From Pseudomonadota bacterium (GTDB taxonomy: Bacteria; Pseudomonadota; Gammaproteobacteria; Xanthomonadales; Xanthomonadaceae), in the NCBI GenBank assembly GCA_037033225.1, contig JAZBLM010000002.1:10084-74083 (forward strand): 64,000 nucleotides of DNA. The letters run 5' to 3'. The first letter of the stretch is position 1; the number at the start of each line of letters is the position of its first letter. A program made the position numbers and the translations under genes. A model generated the notes under the pieces. It ran no database searches. It worked only from the letters and a program-made list of their open reading frames with translations, and was not told where the DNA came from. This document shows positions 1 through 10,133 of the stretch, one piece after another.

Positions 1-1380
1 TTCGCGCGCGAGCGGCTCGAAGGTTTCCCGCAGGCGCTGCAGCGCGCCCTCGACCACCACGATCTCGTCGGCCAGCTCCACGTGGCCGGCCTCGATCCGC
101 GCCAGGTCCAGGATGTCGTTGATCAGCGACAACAGGTCGTTGTTCGAGGACAGGATGGCCTGCGCGTACTTGACCTGCTCGGCACTGAGCGTGCCGTCAC
201 GATTGTCGGCCAGCAATTTGGCCAGGATCAGTGAACTGTTCAGTGGCGTGCGCAGTTCATGCGACATGTTGGCGAGGAACTCGGACTTGTAGCGCGAGGC
301 CGCGGACAACTCGTTGGAATTGCGCACCAGCTGCGCCTGCGCCACCAGCAGGGCCTGCTTCTGGCCCTCCAGCTCGTGCGTGCGCTCTTCCAGCTGCACG
401 TTGGTCTGCTCCATCTCGGCCTGCTGCTGCTCGAGATTGGTCTGCGAATGCAGCAGGCTCCGGCTCTGTTCCTCCAGCTCCTCGTTGGCTACGCGCAGCT
501 CTTCCTGCTGCGCCTGCAGCTCTTCACCCTGGCGCTGGGATTCCTCCAGAAGCTCGGCAAGCCGGGCACGCAGCACCGCCGCACGCAGGGCAATGCCGAT
601 GGTGTCCGCGCATCGCTGCAGCAGCTCGCGATCCAGTCGCGGCGCGCGACCGGGACGAATGCGCCCGAGCTCGACCACGCCCACGATCTGTTCGTCGCTG
701 AAGATCGGCGCCAACACGCGTTCGCGCAGGCTCGTGCTGCCCAGGCTGCTGCTGATCCGCAGCACGCTGCCTTCGGCCTCGTGCAGATGGCGCACCTTGC
801 CCGCGCGGATGACGTCTCCGAGCTGCCCCTCCTCCAGCCCCAGCGTGGCCGGGATTCCGGCAGGCAGGGCGATGCCGCCTGTCATCACCAGCTGATGGTT
901 TTCGATCCGGTACATCACGGCGGTCTGCGCCTTCAGCTGCTCGGCGAGTGTGGTCATCGCCGACTCGGCAATGCGCTCCGGCCCCAGGTCGCCACGCAGG
1001 CTCATTGCGACCATGTTCTCACTTTCCTGCAGCCACAGCGCTTCACTGGCCTCGCGCCGCGCCTGGATGGCGCGATTGACGATCACTCCGATCATCAGGA
1101 AGGCGATACCGCCGATCGTACGATTGATGTATGAGAAGGCAGAGTTGCTGCTCGAGGGCGCAATGTTGTAGCCCACCGCGAGGAACACGCAGGCCGCCCC
1201 GGCGACGATCAGGGGCAGCCCCGCATGGCGCTGGAATACCGTCACCCCGATCGCCAGGAAATACGCCAGCCAGACCGCATACCCAAGCGGCACAACCAGT
1301 TCAAGTGCAGCGGTGGCCACCAGCAGGCTGGCCGAAAGTCCCCATACCCAAGGGTCGCGCGGACTTGAAGCAGACGTCAT
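1..1380 (-). CDS. Membrane-anchored GAF-containing sensor histidine kinase, probably hybrid (3' end runs off the window)
   Basis: Manual translation from ATG 1380 (MTSASSPRDPWVWGL...): N-terminal TM helices, coiled coil, H-box LANMSHELRTPLNS and LINDILDLARIEAG; absent from the ORF track because there is no stop in the window. Confidence 0.85.
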   Translation of the reverse strand, partial: MTSASSPRDPWVWGLSASLLVATAALELVVPLGYAVWLAYFLAIGVTVFQRHAGLPLIVAGAACVFLAVGYNIAPSSSNSAFSYINRTIGGIAFLMIGVIVNRAIQARREASEALWLQESENMVAMSLRGDLGPERIAESAMTTLAEQLKAQTAVMYRIENHQLVMTGGIALPAGIPATLGLEEGQLGDVIRAGKVRHLHEAEGSVLRISSSLGSTSLRERVLAPIFSDEQIVGVVELGRIRPGRAPRLDRELLQRCADTIGIALRAAVLRARLAELLEESQRQGEELQAQQEELRVANEELEEQSRSLLHSQTNLEQQQAEMEQTNVQLEERTHELEGQKQALLVAQAQLVRNSNELSAASRYKSEFLANMSHELRTPLNSSLILAKLLADNRDGTLSAEQVKYAQAILSSNNDLLSLINDILDLARIEAGHVELADEIVVVEGALQRLRETFEPLARE

Positions 1381-1524
1381 CGTTGGAGATCCCGGCACAA
1401 AGAACGCTGATGTTAACTGAATGCACGTCGTCAACGGCACGACTTTCGGCACAGGTGCGCGTACACAGTTCCTTCACACTGTCGCTTCTAGCGTCACCGG
1501 CCTCAGGGGTTACAGCGCAGTCCC

Positions 1525-2682
1525 GTGGTAAACGCCGTCTCCAAGCTCACCTCACAGACCGATTCGTCCAGACAGCTGAAGCTGCTCATAGAGAGCGTCA
1601 CTGATCATGCCCTGTACCTGATGGATACGGATGGCCTTGTCTGTACGTGGAATCCTGGCGCGCAGCGCATCAAGGGCTACACGGCGGAGGAGGTGATCGG
1701 CACGCACTTCAGCCGCTTCCATTGTCCCGACGACCGAGAGTCGGGCGAACCGGAGCGCTCGCTGGCAATCGCTGCACGCGAAGGACGCTACGCCAGCGAA
1801 GGGTGGCGCCTGCGCAGCGATGGCAGCCGGTTCCGCGCGAGCGTGGTGATCGAGCCGGTCCATGAAGGTGAGGTCCTCGTCGGCTTCGTCAAGGTCACCC
1901 GTGACATCACCGAAAGTTACCAGGCCCAGGTGCTGCTGCGCGACGCCCAGCGTGCGCTGGCCAGCACCCAGCAGTTCGAGAAGGTCAGCCAGCTGAGCCG
2001 CGGCCTTGCGCACGAATTCAACAACCTGCTGACCACCATCCACAACGCGCTCGACCTGATCGGACTGCGCTGCGAAGGCGATGAAACCAGTACGCGACTG
2101 CTCGGCAATGCGCAGGCCGCGGCCGACCGGGGTGCGCTGCTAACGCGCCAGCTGCTGGCCTTCGGCGCGGGCCAGACGCTCGTACGCGAGCGGGTCACCA
2201 CTGCCAACTGGCTGCAACCGGCGATTTCGGCGCTGCAGCATCGCTGCCTGGCTCACCACAGCCTGACGCTGCAGTTGCGCAGCGACCTGCCGGACGTGCT
2301 GCTGGATCCCGCGCAATTGGAATCAGCGCTGTCCAACCTGGTCAGCAACGCGTGTGATTCGATGCCCGACGGGGGGCATGTCTGTATCATCGGCGACATC
2401 GAGCGCCGGCTGGACCCGCAGGCCGACAGCCCGACCTACCGCAATTTCGTTGCCATCCGTGTCCAGGATGAGGGCCACGGCATGGCGCCTGACGTTGCCG
2501 CGCGCGCCAGCGAACCGTTCTTCACGACCAAGGACATCGGCAAGGGCAGCGGTCTGGGCCTCAGCCAGGTGTTCGGTTTCATTACTCAATGCGGCGGTTT
2601 CGTCGATGTGTCCAGCACCGAAGGTGGTGGCACGACGGTCAGCCTGCTGCTGCCTGCCCTGGAGGTTCCTGCCAATGACTGA
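1525..2682 (+). CDS. PAS-domain sensor histidine kinase
   Basis: PAS (WNPGAQRIKGY), H-box AHEFNNLL, N-box NLVSNACD, G boxes DEGHG, FFTTK, GSGLGL. Confidence 0.9.
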   Translation: MVNAVSKLTSQTDSSRQLKLLIESVTDHALYLMDTDGLVCTWNPGAQRIKGYTAEEVIGTHFSRFHCPDDRESGEPERSLAIAAREGRYASEGWRLRSDGSRFRASVVIEPVHEGEVLVGFVKVTRDITESYQAQVLLRDAQRALASTQQFEKVSQLSRGLAHEFNNLLTTIHNALDLIGLRCEGDETSTRLLGNAQAAADRGALLTRQLLAFGAGQTLVRERVTTANWLQPAISALQHRCLAHHSLTLQLRSDLPDVLLDPAQLESALSNLVSNACDSMPDGGHVCIIGDIERRLDPQADSPTYRNFVAIRVQDEGHGMAPDVAARASEPFFTTKDIGKGSGLGLSQVFGFITQCGGFVDVSSTEGGGTTVSLLLPALEVPAND

Positions 2683-3031
2683 TTCCATCCGCGTACTCAT
2701 GGTTGAAGACCAGGATGACCTTCGCGACATGATCGGCCTGGCGCTGCAGGACATGGGCATCACCGTGGATACCACGGCTGATGGTCACGAGGCGCTGGCG
2801 ATGATGGAAGGCCAGCACCAGTACGACGTGGTGTTCAGTGACGTCAGCATGCCCAACGGCATGTCCGGCATCGAGTTGAGCGAGCACGTCGCACGCGCGC
2901 AACCCGGCGCACGGATGATCCTGTCGTCCGGTTATGCGCGTTCGCAGCTTCCGCCGCTGCCCGGCCATGTCGAGTTCCTGCCCAAGCCGTATCGCCTGCG
3001 CCAGCTGCTGGAGCTTCTGGCGCCGCGCTGA
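2675..3031 (+). CDS. Single-domain response regulator (receiver)
   Basis: MTDSIRVLMVEDQ, VFSDVSMP, SGY, FLPKPY; GGAGG upstream; overlaps the kinase stop. Confidence 0.9.
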   Translation: MTDSIRVLMVEDQDDLRDMIGLALQDMGITVDTTADGHEALAMMEGQHQYDVVFSDVSMPNGMSGIELSEHVARAQPGARMILSSGYARSQLPPLPGHVEFLPKPYRLRQLLELLAPR

Positions 3032-3101
3032 TCCCGGATGAACCCGCAGGCCTGCGGGCAGGTCCAGCTTCAGCCGATCACACGGGTAAGCGCCTGCGCG
3101 C

Positions 3102-3782
3102 CTAGCCGACGCCCCGCAGCCCGTTCAGATCCAGCCAGCCGGACCACACAAGCTGGATGCCGATGCACAGCAGCACGAATGCCACCAGTTGCTGCATCAC
3201 CTTCGCGCCAGACGGCCCAAGTCGTGTCACCACCACGATTGAATTGCGCAGGATCAGGTAGATCACCAGCGCCACCATCAGCGCACCGCCGACTGCGACG
3301 ATCGCGCCGGAGAGGAAGTGCAGCGGGTTCATCGACTCACCGTGCGCGCCCAGCGTGATGCAGGCTGAGATCACGCCCGGGCCCGTGGTGAGCGGAAACG
3401 TCAGCGGATAGAAGCTGCGCTGCATGAGCTGGTCATCGGCGATACCCGCCGCTTCTGTTTCCTGCGCGCTCGGTGCGGCATCCTCGCGGGGCGCCAGCAT
3501 CCGCCAGGCGCTGGCCGCTACCAGCAGGCCGCCGCCAAAGCGCACCACCGCCAGCGAGATGCCGAAGATCGTCAGCACATAGGTGCCGACGAGCATCGAC
3601 GCGATGATGACCCAGGCAACGTTCATCCCGATCTGCCGGGCCAGCATCCGGGCCAGGCCGTGCTTGGCACCGACCGTAGACACGAAGATGGAGGCGATGC
3701 TCAGGGGGTTGATGATGGGCAGCAGGGTGACGGGCACCAGCGCCATCTCTTTCATCAACGCAATCAGATACTCCATGGCCAC
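3102..3782 (-). CDS. MarC-family integral membrane protein
   Basis: IINPL, FGISL..RFGGGLL, PLTFPLTTGPG motifs; about 6 TM segments. Confidence 0.85.
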   Translation of the reverse strand: MAMEYLIALMKEMALVPVTLLPIINPLSIASIFVSTVGAKHGLARMLARQIGMNVAWVIIASMLVGTYVLTIFGISLAVVRFGGGLLVAASAWRMLAPREDAAPSAQETEAAGIADDQLMQRSFYPLTFPLTTGPGVISACITLGAHGESMNPLHFLSGAIVAVGGALMVALVIYLILRNSIVVVTRLGPSGAKVMQQLVAFVLLCIGIQLVWSGWLDLNGLRGVG

Positions 3783-3828
3783 TCCGCGGGACAGATGCCC
3801 GCTCGATATTCAGGGGGGAGAGACGCAG

Positions 3829-3860
3829 AAAAACGCCCCGCCACGTGTGCGGCAGGGCGT
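3829..3860 (-). terminator. Intrinsic terminator after the beta-barrel gene
   Basis: Minus strand ACGCCCTGCCGCACACGTGGCGGGGCGT followed by a T run. Confidence 0.7.
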
Positions 3861-3879
3861 CCTGGATCACGACCGGGTA

Positions 3880-4566
3880 TCAGAACCCGTAGCGGGCGCC
3901 CAGATAGATTTCACTGGAACCCAGGTTCGCGATCATCTTCTCGTCCTGCAGGCCGCGCGCGTTCGGGAACGCATTCCAGCCGCTTTCGGTGCGCCCCATG
4001 TTGACGTAGCGGTAGCCGAGGTCCAGGGTCAGCTGGTCCATCGCCTTGTACGCCACGCCAGCACCCAGCGACCACGACAGGTTGTCCTGGCGACCGACGT
4101 TGTACTGGCGGGCTTCGGTGCCCTGCCAGCCGCTCGACTTGATCCGGGTGATGCCCAGGCCTGCCGAGCCGTACACCGAGACCGTATCGGTGATCGCGAA
4201 ATCACGGTAGACGTTGGCCATCAAGCGCTGCGCTTCGATGTAGTGCACATTGCTGCTGGTCGGGAAGGCCGTCGAACCGCTGGTGAAGGTATCCGTCTTG
4301 GGCAGGGTGTACTCACCCTCGACGCGCCAGCCGTTGCCGTACTGGTAGCCGCCCGCGAACGAGCCGGTGGTGAACTTGTCCTTTTCCTGGCCCGGCACGA
4401 ACGCACCGATGCCCGGACGGGCGCTGGCGCCCATGTCGCGCGCCTTGTGCTCGGCGCCGACGACACGACCGGCTGCGTAGTAGTTGCCGTCTGCGGCCGA
4501 GGCAGCGGATGCCTGCAGGGCAGCCAGGGCCAGCAGGGAGACGGAGATGGATTTGATCATGGACAT
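3880..4566 (-). CDS. Outer-membrane beta-barrel protein (8-stranded, opacity/OmpA-like)
   Basis: Signal peptide, RVEGEY, LMANVYRDF, LDLGYRY, C-terminal GARYGF. Confidence 0.85.
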   Translation of the reverse strand: MSMIKSISVSLLALAALQASAASAADGNYYAAGRVVGAEHKARDMGASARPGIGAFVPGQEKDKFTTGSFAGGYQYGNGWRVEGEYTLPKTDTFTSGSTAFPTSSNVHYIEAQRLMANVYRDFAITDTVSVYGSAGLGITRIKSSGWQGTEARQYNVGRQDNLSWSLGAGVAYKAMDQLTLDLGYRYVNMGRTESGWNAFPNARGLQDEKMIANLGSSEIYLGARYGF

Positions 4567-5467
4567 TGGAGGGTTCCGGATGAGTAAGAGGCCTGGCCTC
4601 GCAGCCAGGCATGACGAAGCGAGCCACGTCGCTGGCGGAGAACGTAGCGAGGCGATCGCCCCGTTCGAATAGGACGCGACCCAAAGGCGACGTTGCCGGC
4701 CTCAGTTGTCGTCGTAGCGATGTGCCGAACGCAGGCGGGAGCGGCGCCACCCCCCGTGAGACCGCACGCGTCCGCTGTCCCCGGTCAGCGCGTATCGAAG
4801 CGCGCGGACGCAGGCCACCGGAAATGCGACGTGCCAACTGCGCAGCTTGCGGTAGGCATAGACGACGTCCATCAGGCGCATTGCGCGCCCCCGGAAGGTG
4901 CAACCGTCGCTGCCATGGCGACGCGCGTCCCCTTGGGACGATCACTCGATACAGGCTTCCCTAACACCACCACATCCCCGGAGCGCCATGTTCCGCTCAC
5001 AGCAGGGCAGGAGCACCGGCCGGGGAAACATGAACAGCAAACGCTGCGACTTCAACGCTAGGGGCGCGCAGTGAACCGCTCAATCAGACTCATCCGAAAC
5101 TTCACGACGGCGCTTCGCGCGCCGCCGCAGCTGGCCGCCGAGCTGGAGAAGACCGAGTACGAAGGCGAATGCAGCGGCGACCTTCAACACAGCGAGCAGC
5201 AGGTGCATGTGAGGCCCCGACGTGCGACAGCGAGAAGGGTTCCACGGTAGCGCGGCCGGGACGGGGGTTCTGCAGGACAGTCGTCATTTCCGCACGACAG
5301 GCCATCCCCCTGATGACGAACGCGGACCTGCCCTACTCCCCGCCGGGCGTGGAGCTGAATTCTTAAGTATTCCGCGACCTGCTGCGCTGCTCCATCGGAC
5401 CGCGCGCGGTGTCACAATCGCCTGCGACCGCCATGGTCGCATCCGCACCCACCGCACGCCGACACCC

Positions 5468-6688
5468 ATGCAGAAGCGATCCACCACGGAGGGTGTGCCT
5501 CCCTCGTTTCAATCGTGCCTGGAGCTGGCCTGTGCGGTCAGCGGCATGCGGGTGGCGCTGGTCGGCGAAGTCGGCGACCAGCAGTGGCAGGCCATCCATG
5601 CCCTGGATCGAGCTGGGCTGGGCATTTCGGCCGGGATGCGGCTCGACCTGGCCAATACGTTCTGCCGTGACGTGACCGCGACGCGTTCACCGGTCTGGTT
5701 CGGCGATTGCCAGCTCGATGCCGCTCGATGCAGCAGTCCCATTCCCGCCAGACATGGATTCCGCAGCTACGTTTCCGTTCCGATCATCGTCGATGGCGGG
5801 CGGGTCTTCGGCACGTTGTGCACCCTGGACCCCGAGCCCCGCGTCGTCACCGACGAGGTCCTCAGGGCGATGACGGCGCTTGCCGATGTTGTCGCGCAGC
5901 AGGTCATGCGGACCGCCCCCGACCACCGCGCGACGGCGGCGGATGATTACGCTGAGTCGCTGGCGACGTCAGAGCGCCGACTGCACGCATCGGAACAACG
6001 CAACAGCGCGCTGCGCCAGGAGGGCAAGGAGCGCGAGGAGTTCATCGCCGTGCTGGCCCACGACCTGCGCAATCCCTTGCAGGCAATCCGGGTGACCGCC
6101 GATCTGCTGGCCTTGTCTGCGACGTCGCCCGCCCAGCAGAACCTACTGCGCCATCTGGATGACAGCGCCAATCGCATGGCCGAACTGATCGAGGTGACGC
6201 TGGACTTTGCACGCGGACGCCTCGGCTCGGGCCTGGCGCTGCGCGTGCAGCCACAGCAGGATCTCGCGGCCACGCTGCGCACGGCCGGCAAGCAGGCGCT
6301 CGCCCCCTACCCCGCGTGCCCTTTGCAGGTGGACCTGGCCCTGCCCGGGGTGGTGCGCTGCGACGCCGATCGCCTTTGCCAGCTGGTAAGCAACCTGCTC
6401 ATCAATGCCGCGATCCATGGCACGGCAGGCCAGCCGGTCCTGCTGCGCGGCTACACCGATGCCGACGACATGGTGCTGGACGTAAGCAATCAGGGAATGA
6501 TCGCCGAGGCCTCAATGCCCGCCCTGTTCGAGCCCTTCCACCGCTCGGTTGACCAGCGGCTGGATTCCGGTCTTGGACTGGGGCTGTATATCGCCTCACA
6601 GATCGCCGTATCACACGGAGGGACACTCTCGGCCACGTCCACACCGGAGGACGGCACGACCTTCAGCTTCCGGATGCCGCTTGCCTGA
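5468..6688 (+). CDS. GAF-domain sensor histidine kinase
   Basis: GAF (SYVSVPI, FGTLCTLD), AHDLRNPL, NLLINA, GLGLGLYI; ATG 5468 chosen over upstream extension. Confidence 0.85.
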   Translation: MQKRSTTEGVPPSFQSCLELACAVSGMRVALVGEVGDQQWQAIHALDRAGLGISAGMRLDLANTFCRDVTATRSPVWFGDCQLDAARCSSPIPARHGFRSYVSVPIIVDGGRVFGTLCTLDPEPRVVTDEVLRAMTALADVVAQQVMRTAPDHRATAADDYAESLATSERRLHASEQRNSALRQEGKEREEFIAVLAHDLRNPLQAIRVTADLLALSATSPAQQNLLRHLDDSANRMAELIEVTLDFARGRLGSGLALRVQPQQDLAATLRTAGKQALAPYPACPLQVDLALPGVVRCDADRLCQLVSNLLINAAIHGTAGQPVLLRGYTDADDMVLDVSNQGMIAEASMPALFEPFHRSVDQRLDSGLGLGLYIASQIAVSHGGTLSATSTPEDGTTFSFRMPLA

Positions 6689-6760
6689 GCGCGGCAAGCG
6701 TGACGTGCGTACACGTCACGATGATCCCCACCGTCGAGGGATCAAGGACGTCATTGATTC

Positions 6761-6809
6761 TGGTGACCCCGGCCCGATTCGAACGGGCGACCTTCCCCTT
6801 AGGAGGGGG
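6761..6809. repeat. Prophage att core: copy of the 3' 49 bp of tRNA-Arg(CCT)
   Basis: TGGTGACCCCGGCCCGATTCGAACGGGCGACCTTCCCCTTAGGAGGGGG, identical to 56622..56670. Confidence 0.97.
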
Positions 6810-6847
6810 GCGACCCCGCTATGCGCGCCAACCGTCTCCGCGCCGAC

Positions 6848-6890
6848 TGTGCCAATGCTGTGCCAGAGGTCTGGCGCAATCAATGGATTA
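6848..6890 (+). promoter_or_regulatory. Putative integrase arm sites and IHF site
   Basis: TGTGCCAA 6848, TGTGCCAG 6859; AATCAATGGATTA 6878..6890 is a perfect WATCAANNNNTTR match. Confidence 0.6.
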
Positions 6891-7502
6891 TCAGGCTGCC
6901 GGGTCCACCTTCAGCCTGCTCAAAGACCGGCCATTCAGCCGCCTCAGTAGCAGAGGCATGATCCATCGGTGTGTTGGAGCCACCGGCACCATGTAAGCCC
7001 TTCCTAAGGCGTTATGAACGTGAACGACGGTGGACACGATCAGCTCGTCGCGCCCTTCCCTGCGGAGCCACCACAGCGCCAACTGGACTCTCAGGTGCTT
7101 GTCTTCATCCTCCAGAATGAGTCGGCTGAACTCGTTAGATTGCACGGTGAAGATACCGGCGCGCTGTCCTGGAAGGGCTTCGTCGTTAGGCTCAACGGAA
7201 CTGAGGGAGCCCAGGTCTTTCATTCCTAAAGCCCTCATCCCAACGTTCCGGAACCTCATCAGCGCGTCAAACCGAGCGGGGACGACAGCTGCAAGCTCTG
7301 CGTAGGTTTCATAGGCACTGCGGCCCGCGCGGGACAAGTTTCGCCTTGCCGAATGCACAAAATCCGCGTCCAGGCTGCAGTGGTAGAGGGGATCGGAGTG
7401 CGCTAAGCGATCACCTGAGATAACTTGCGCCGCGCCCGCCACGCCATTTTGCTTTACCGCATCCTTGCTTAACACCTGAAACCTCACCGTCTGAGCCATC
7501 AC
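6891..7502 (-). CDS. DUF2867-like protein (moron)
   Basis: LMRFRN..MRALGMKD, AGIF, EDKHL, TVVHVHNALGRAYMVPVAP.H pattern. Confidence 0.7.
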   Translation of the reverse strand: MMAQTVRFQVLSKDAVKQNGVAGAAQVISGDRLAHSDPLYHCSLDADFVHSARRNLSRAGRSAYETYAELAAVVPARFDALMRFRNVGMRALGMKDLGSLSSVEPNDEALPGQRAGIFTVQSNEFSRLILEDEDKHLRVQLALWWLRREGRDELIVSTVVHVHNALGRAYMVPVAPTHRWIMPLLLRRLNGRSLSRLKVDPAA

Positions 7503-7599
7503 AGAAGTCTAGTAAACGCAGGGACCCTGTCAATGAATCCACCGCTGCCTACGGTAGGGAACTGGAGCGGTAAACTGTGGCGCCCCCGACCTCACCGAT

Positions 7600-7893
7600 A
7601 TGGCTGACCAAACACGAGATTTGATCGAGCGCCTCGAACGCTGCGAGATGGAGCTGCTGGCGAGCCGAGGCTACCTAAAAGCGCTGGAGTACGGGATCCA
7701 TGCCCTCATCGCGCGGCACCCACAACCAGCAGCCTTGGCTGAGCTGTGGTCTCACGTCCTGCCCGAGCTGGCCGATGAGCAGGTCACTGCAGGCGGTCAC
7801 TCGGCCCTTTACCACGCGGCGTTCCAACAAGCACTGACATCCTTGACGACGCAAATCGAAGGCGCGGCGCGGCTAGGGGATCAGCTGGACTGA
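7600..7893 (+). CDS. Hypothetical helical protein
   Basis: 97 aa ORF, coding-like codon use. Confidence 0.6.
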   Translation: MADQTRDLIERLERCEMELLASRGYLKALEYGIHALIARHPQPAALAELWSHVLPELADEQVTAGGHSALYHAAFQQALTSLTTQIEGAARLGDQLD

Positions 7894-7914
7894 TGCCCGC
7901 GTTCGGGGCCTTTA

Positions 7915-8529
7915 TCAAATAGGTCCGAGGTCCGAGATGGTGGCCTGGCCAGCGGTCAGGGTAGCCGCTATAAGGCGGCCCCCGGCCACTACCCGCCCTT
8001 CCTGCTCATTCAAGTACTCGGCCTGCAGCCGGCCGGCGGCGAGAACGTCGGGAGCCGCGAAACTATCGGGCCTCCCGCGTAGCGGTTCGCCTGGCGATGC
8101 CAATCCGCCACTCAGTGGTTGCGCAATGGCAGGCTCACCTGTCGCGTCCTTGGCGTAGGCCCACGCCGCCATCTGCCCTCGTTCGTGGGACCACCCGCCC
8201 AGGACAAGTTCCGTACACAGACGGTCCTTCGATATCCCGGCGTGCGTCGCAGCCGCCTCGTATGCTGGCCAGAGCTGATCGATCAGGGGCGCCATTTCGC
8301 GGACCACCTGCTCAAGCCCGAAGTTTGCCCGGTAGCTGGCCAACAAAATGCGCTGGTACAGGTGCAGAAAAAACCGCGCCGAGCCACGGGTTGCGACCAC
8401 CATTTGATGTTGCGGGATCAGCAGGACCTTCGCACCGGCTGACTGCTCGCCGGTCTGCGCGTCTTCCGCCCAGGTGTCCACCGCGACAAGGAGCCGCTCA
8501 GGTGTTAGCAGCACGTTGAGGATGGTCAT
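7915..8529 (-). CDS. Putative Ntn-hydrolase of proteasome-beta/HslV type
   Basis: AAGGAGG SD before ATG 8529; after Met removal Thr1, Asp17, Lys33, Gly48. Confidence 0.55.
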   Translation of the reverse strand: MTILNVLLTPERLLVAVDTWAEDAQTGEQSAGAKVLLIPQHQMVVATRGSARFFLHLYQRILLASYRANFGLEQVVREMAPLIDQLWPAYEAAATHAGISKDRLCTELVLGGWSHERGQMAAWAYAKDATGEPAIAQPLSGGLASPGEPLRGRPDSFAAPDVLAAGRLQAEYLNEQEGRVVAGGRLIAATLTAGQATISDLGPI

Positions 8530-8587
8530 GTCGGGCGCCCCTCCTTCTGCCAACAGATGTTCCGGCAACGCAAGGCCGGTGTCCAGT

Positions 8588-8944
8588 TCAGTGCGTGAGG
8601 TCCACCTCTCCCAGCTGCCGGCCCCGGCCGCGGAGGACTACGTTGTCCTGGATCCACTGCAGCTTGATCGCCACCTTCTTTCGCAAGGCTTTCTCGTGCC
8701 GCAGCGCCCAGATCTCGCAGCCGCGCCGGCCCTCCTCGAACGATGTGCATCGACGGGTGATCAACGGCGCCTGTACGCCGTCCTCGATGTGCAGCCGGGC
8801 CAACCAAGCGCCGTCGATCCGCTGGTGCATGGTCGCGACCATCTCGCCGTGCAGGAAAAGGGCGGTCGGCAGGGTGTCGAGGTGGCAGCGCGGCTTCCAG
8901 TAGAAGCCGTCCGGCATGGGGGTGAGGGTCTGGGAGTCGTCCAT
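8588..8944 (-). CDS. Hypothetical protein, probably leaderless
   Basis: MDDSQTLTPMPDGFYW...; TATGCT -10 box 7 nt before ATG. Confidence 0.65.
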   Translation of the reverse strand: MDDSQTLTPMPDGFYWKPRCHLDTLPTALFLHGEMVATMHQRIDGAWLARLHIEDGVQAPLITRRCTSFEEGRRGCEIWALRHEKALRKKVAIKLQWIQDNVVLRGRGRQLGEVDLTH

Positions 8945-9030
8945 GCGGCGGAGCATAGGCCGGCCCGGTCTCACAGCCCGATACATTGGTGAAGGGTTCA
9001 CCCCGGACGCGGGGCCTCTTCGACAGAGCT

Positions 9031-9231
9031 CTACTGCTCAGCCAAAGGGGGAAGCAGGCCTGTGCGGCACAGGCAGTGCAGTCGGGCCTCCTGCGACGCG
9101 CAGCACGCGATGTACTCCAGCGCTGCAGATAGCATGCGAAGAAATTGATCCTCGGGGTATGCCGTGGCCCAAACCGGGAGCAGCGCATCTAATTCGGCAA
9201 CCATACCGTCTATTTCGAGGGCTGTGACCAT
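9031..9231 (-). CDS. Small hypothetical protein
   Basis: 66 aa amphipathic ORF. Confidence 0.35.
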   Translation of the reverse strand: MVTALEIDGMVAELDALLPVWATAYPEDQFLRMLSAALEYIACCASQEARLHCLCRTGLLPPLAEQ

Positions 9232-9503
9232 ATTGGTAACTCACTCAGTGACCACCTGAAGGCTCAAGCAAGATCACTGACGATGACGTCATCGAAATAC
9301 AGCCCACCATGATTTCATGTTTCTGGAATGCTCACGCGACCCTCATCCCCTCGGTTGCGTAAAGCCACCAAGGCCGCAGGGACGCCTAGGTCGGGGACAC
9401 AACGGCACATTTCTAAAAGGCTCGCAACGGCGTCACGGCCCGTGATCCCAAGCTACACACCCGCCGACCTATGGTGTGGTCCCCGACCCAGTGAAGGATC
9501 CAA

Positions 9504-9998
9504 ATGGCTATCAAGACAATGGAAGACCTGTTCATCCATGAGCTCTCTGACATCTACAGCGCAGAGAAACAGCTCACCAAGGCACTTCCCCGCCTCGCCC
9601 GCGCGACTACCAACCCTGATTTGGGGGCTGCATTTGAGCTGCACCTCGAAGAGACGCAGGTTCAGGTCGAACGCATTGACCAGATTGTCGAGATCCTCGG
9701 CATCCGGCTGAAGCGCATCAAGTGCGCCGCGATGGAGGGCTTGGTCGAAGAAGGCAAGGAAGTGATCGACTCGGTAGAGAAGGGCCCGGTCCGGGACGCC
9801 GCCCTGATCGGTGGGGCGCAGAAGGTCGAGCACTATGAGATCGCCTCATACGGAACCATCGCTGCGATGGCCAAACAGCTCGGCTACAAAGATGCGCTTC
9901 CTCTCCTTCTTGAAACTCTGGAAGAAGAGAAGGCTACGGATGAAAAGCTGACGATGCTCGCCCAGATGGGCGGGAACGCAGAAGCTTCCGCTGCCTGA
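9504..9998 (+). CDS. yciF: Ferritin-like DUF892/YciF-family protein
   Basis: ELSDIYSAEKQ, HLEET, AAMEGL, AQKVEHYEIASYG, TLEEEKATD. Confidence 0.9.
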   Translation: MAIKTMEDLFIHELSDIYSAEKQLTKALPRLARATTNPDLGAAFELHLEETQVQVERIDQIVEILGIRLKRIKCAAMEGLVEEGKEVIDSVEKGPVRDAALIGGAQKVEHYEIASYGTIAAMAKQLGYKDALPLLLETLEEEKATDEKLTMLAQMGGNAEASAA

Positions 9999-10009
9999 CT
10001 TAGGAGCTG

Positions 10010-10041
10010 ACGGGCACGCTCTTGGCATGCCCGTCTTTTTT
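10010..10041 (+). terminator. Intrinsic terminator after yciF-like gene
   Basis: GACGGGCA...TGCCCGTC followed by TTTTTT. Confidence 0.75.
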
Positions 10042-10133
10042 CAATACACCCGGCATGCGATCCTGCTCGGCAACCTGACTCAGGACTCCAGAACCACCCC
10101 CCACCTCCACGCACACCGCAACGGAGCTGCATC

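Noticed and set aside
259-1134. Plus-strand ORFs at the window start
   Set aside because: Shadows of the minus-strand histidine kinase identified by manual translation
1-6688. Signalling gene cluster as part of the mobile element
   Set aside because: Lies outside the att repeat with host-like composition; no mobility genes
6761-6830. Possible second tRNA gene
   Set aside because: Only the 3' 49 nt match; D arm and 5' acceptor strand are absent, so it is the att duplication
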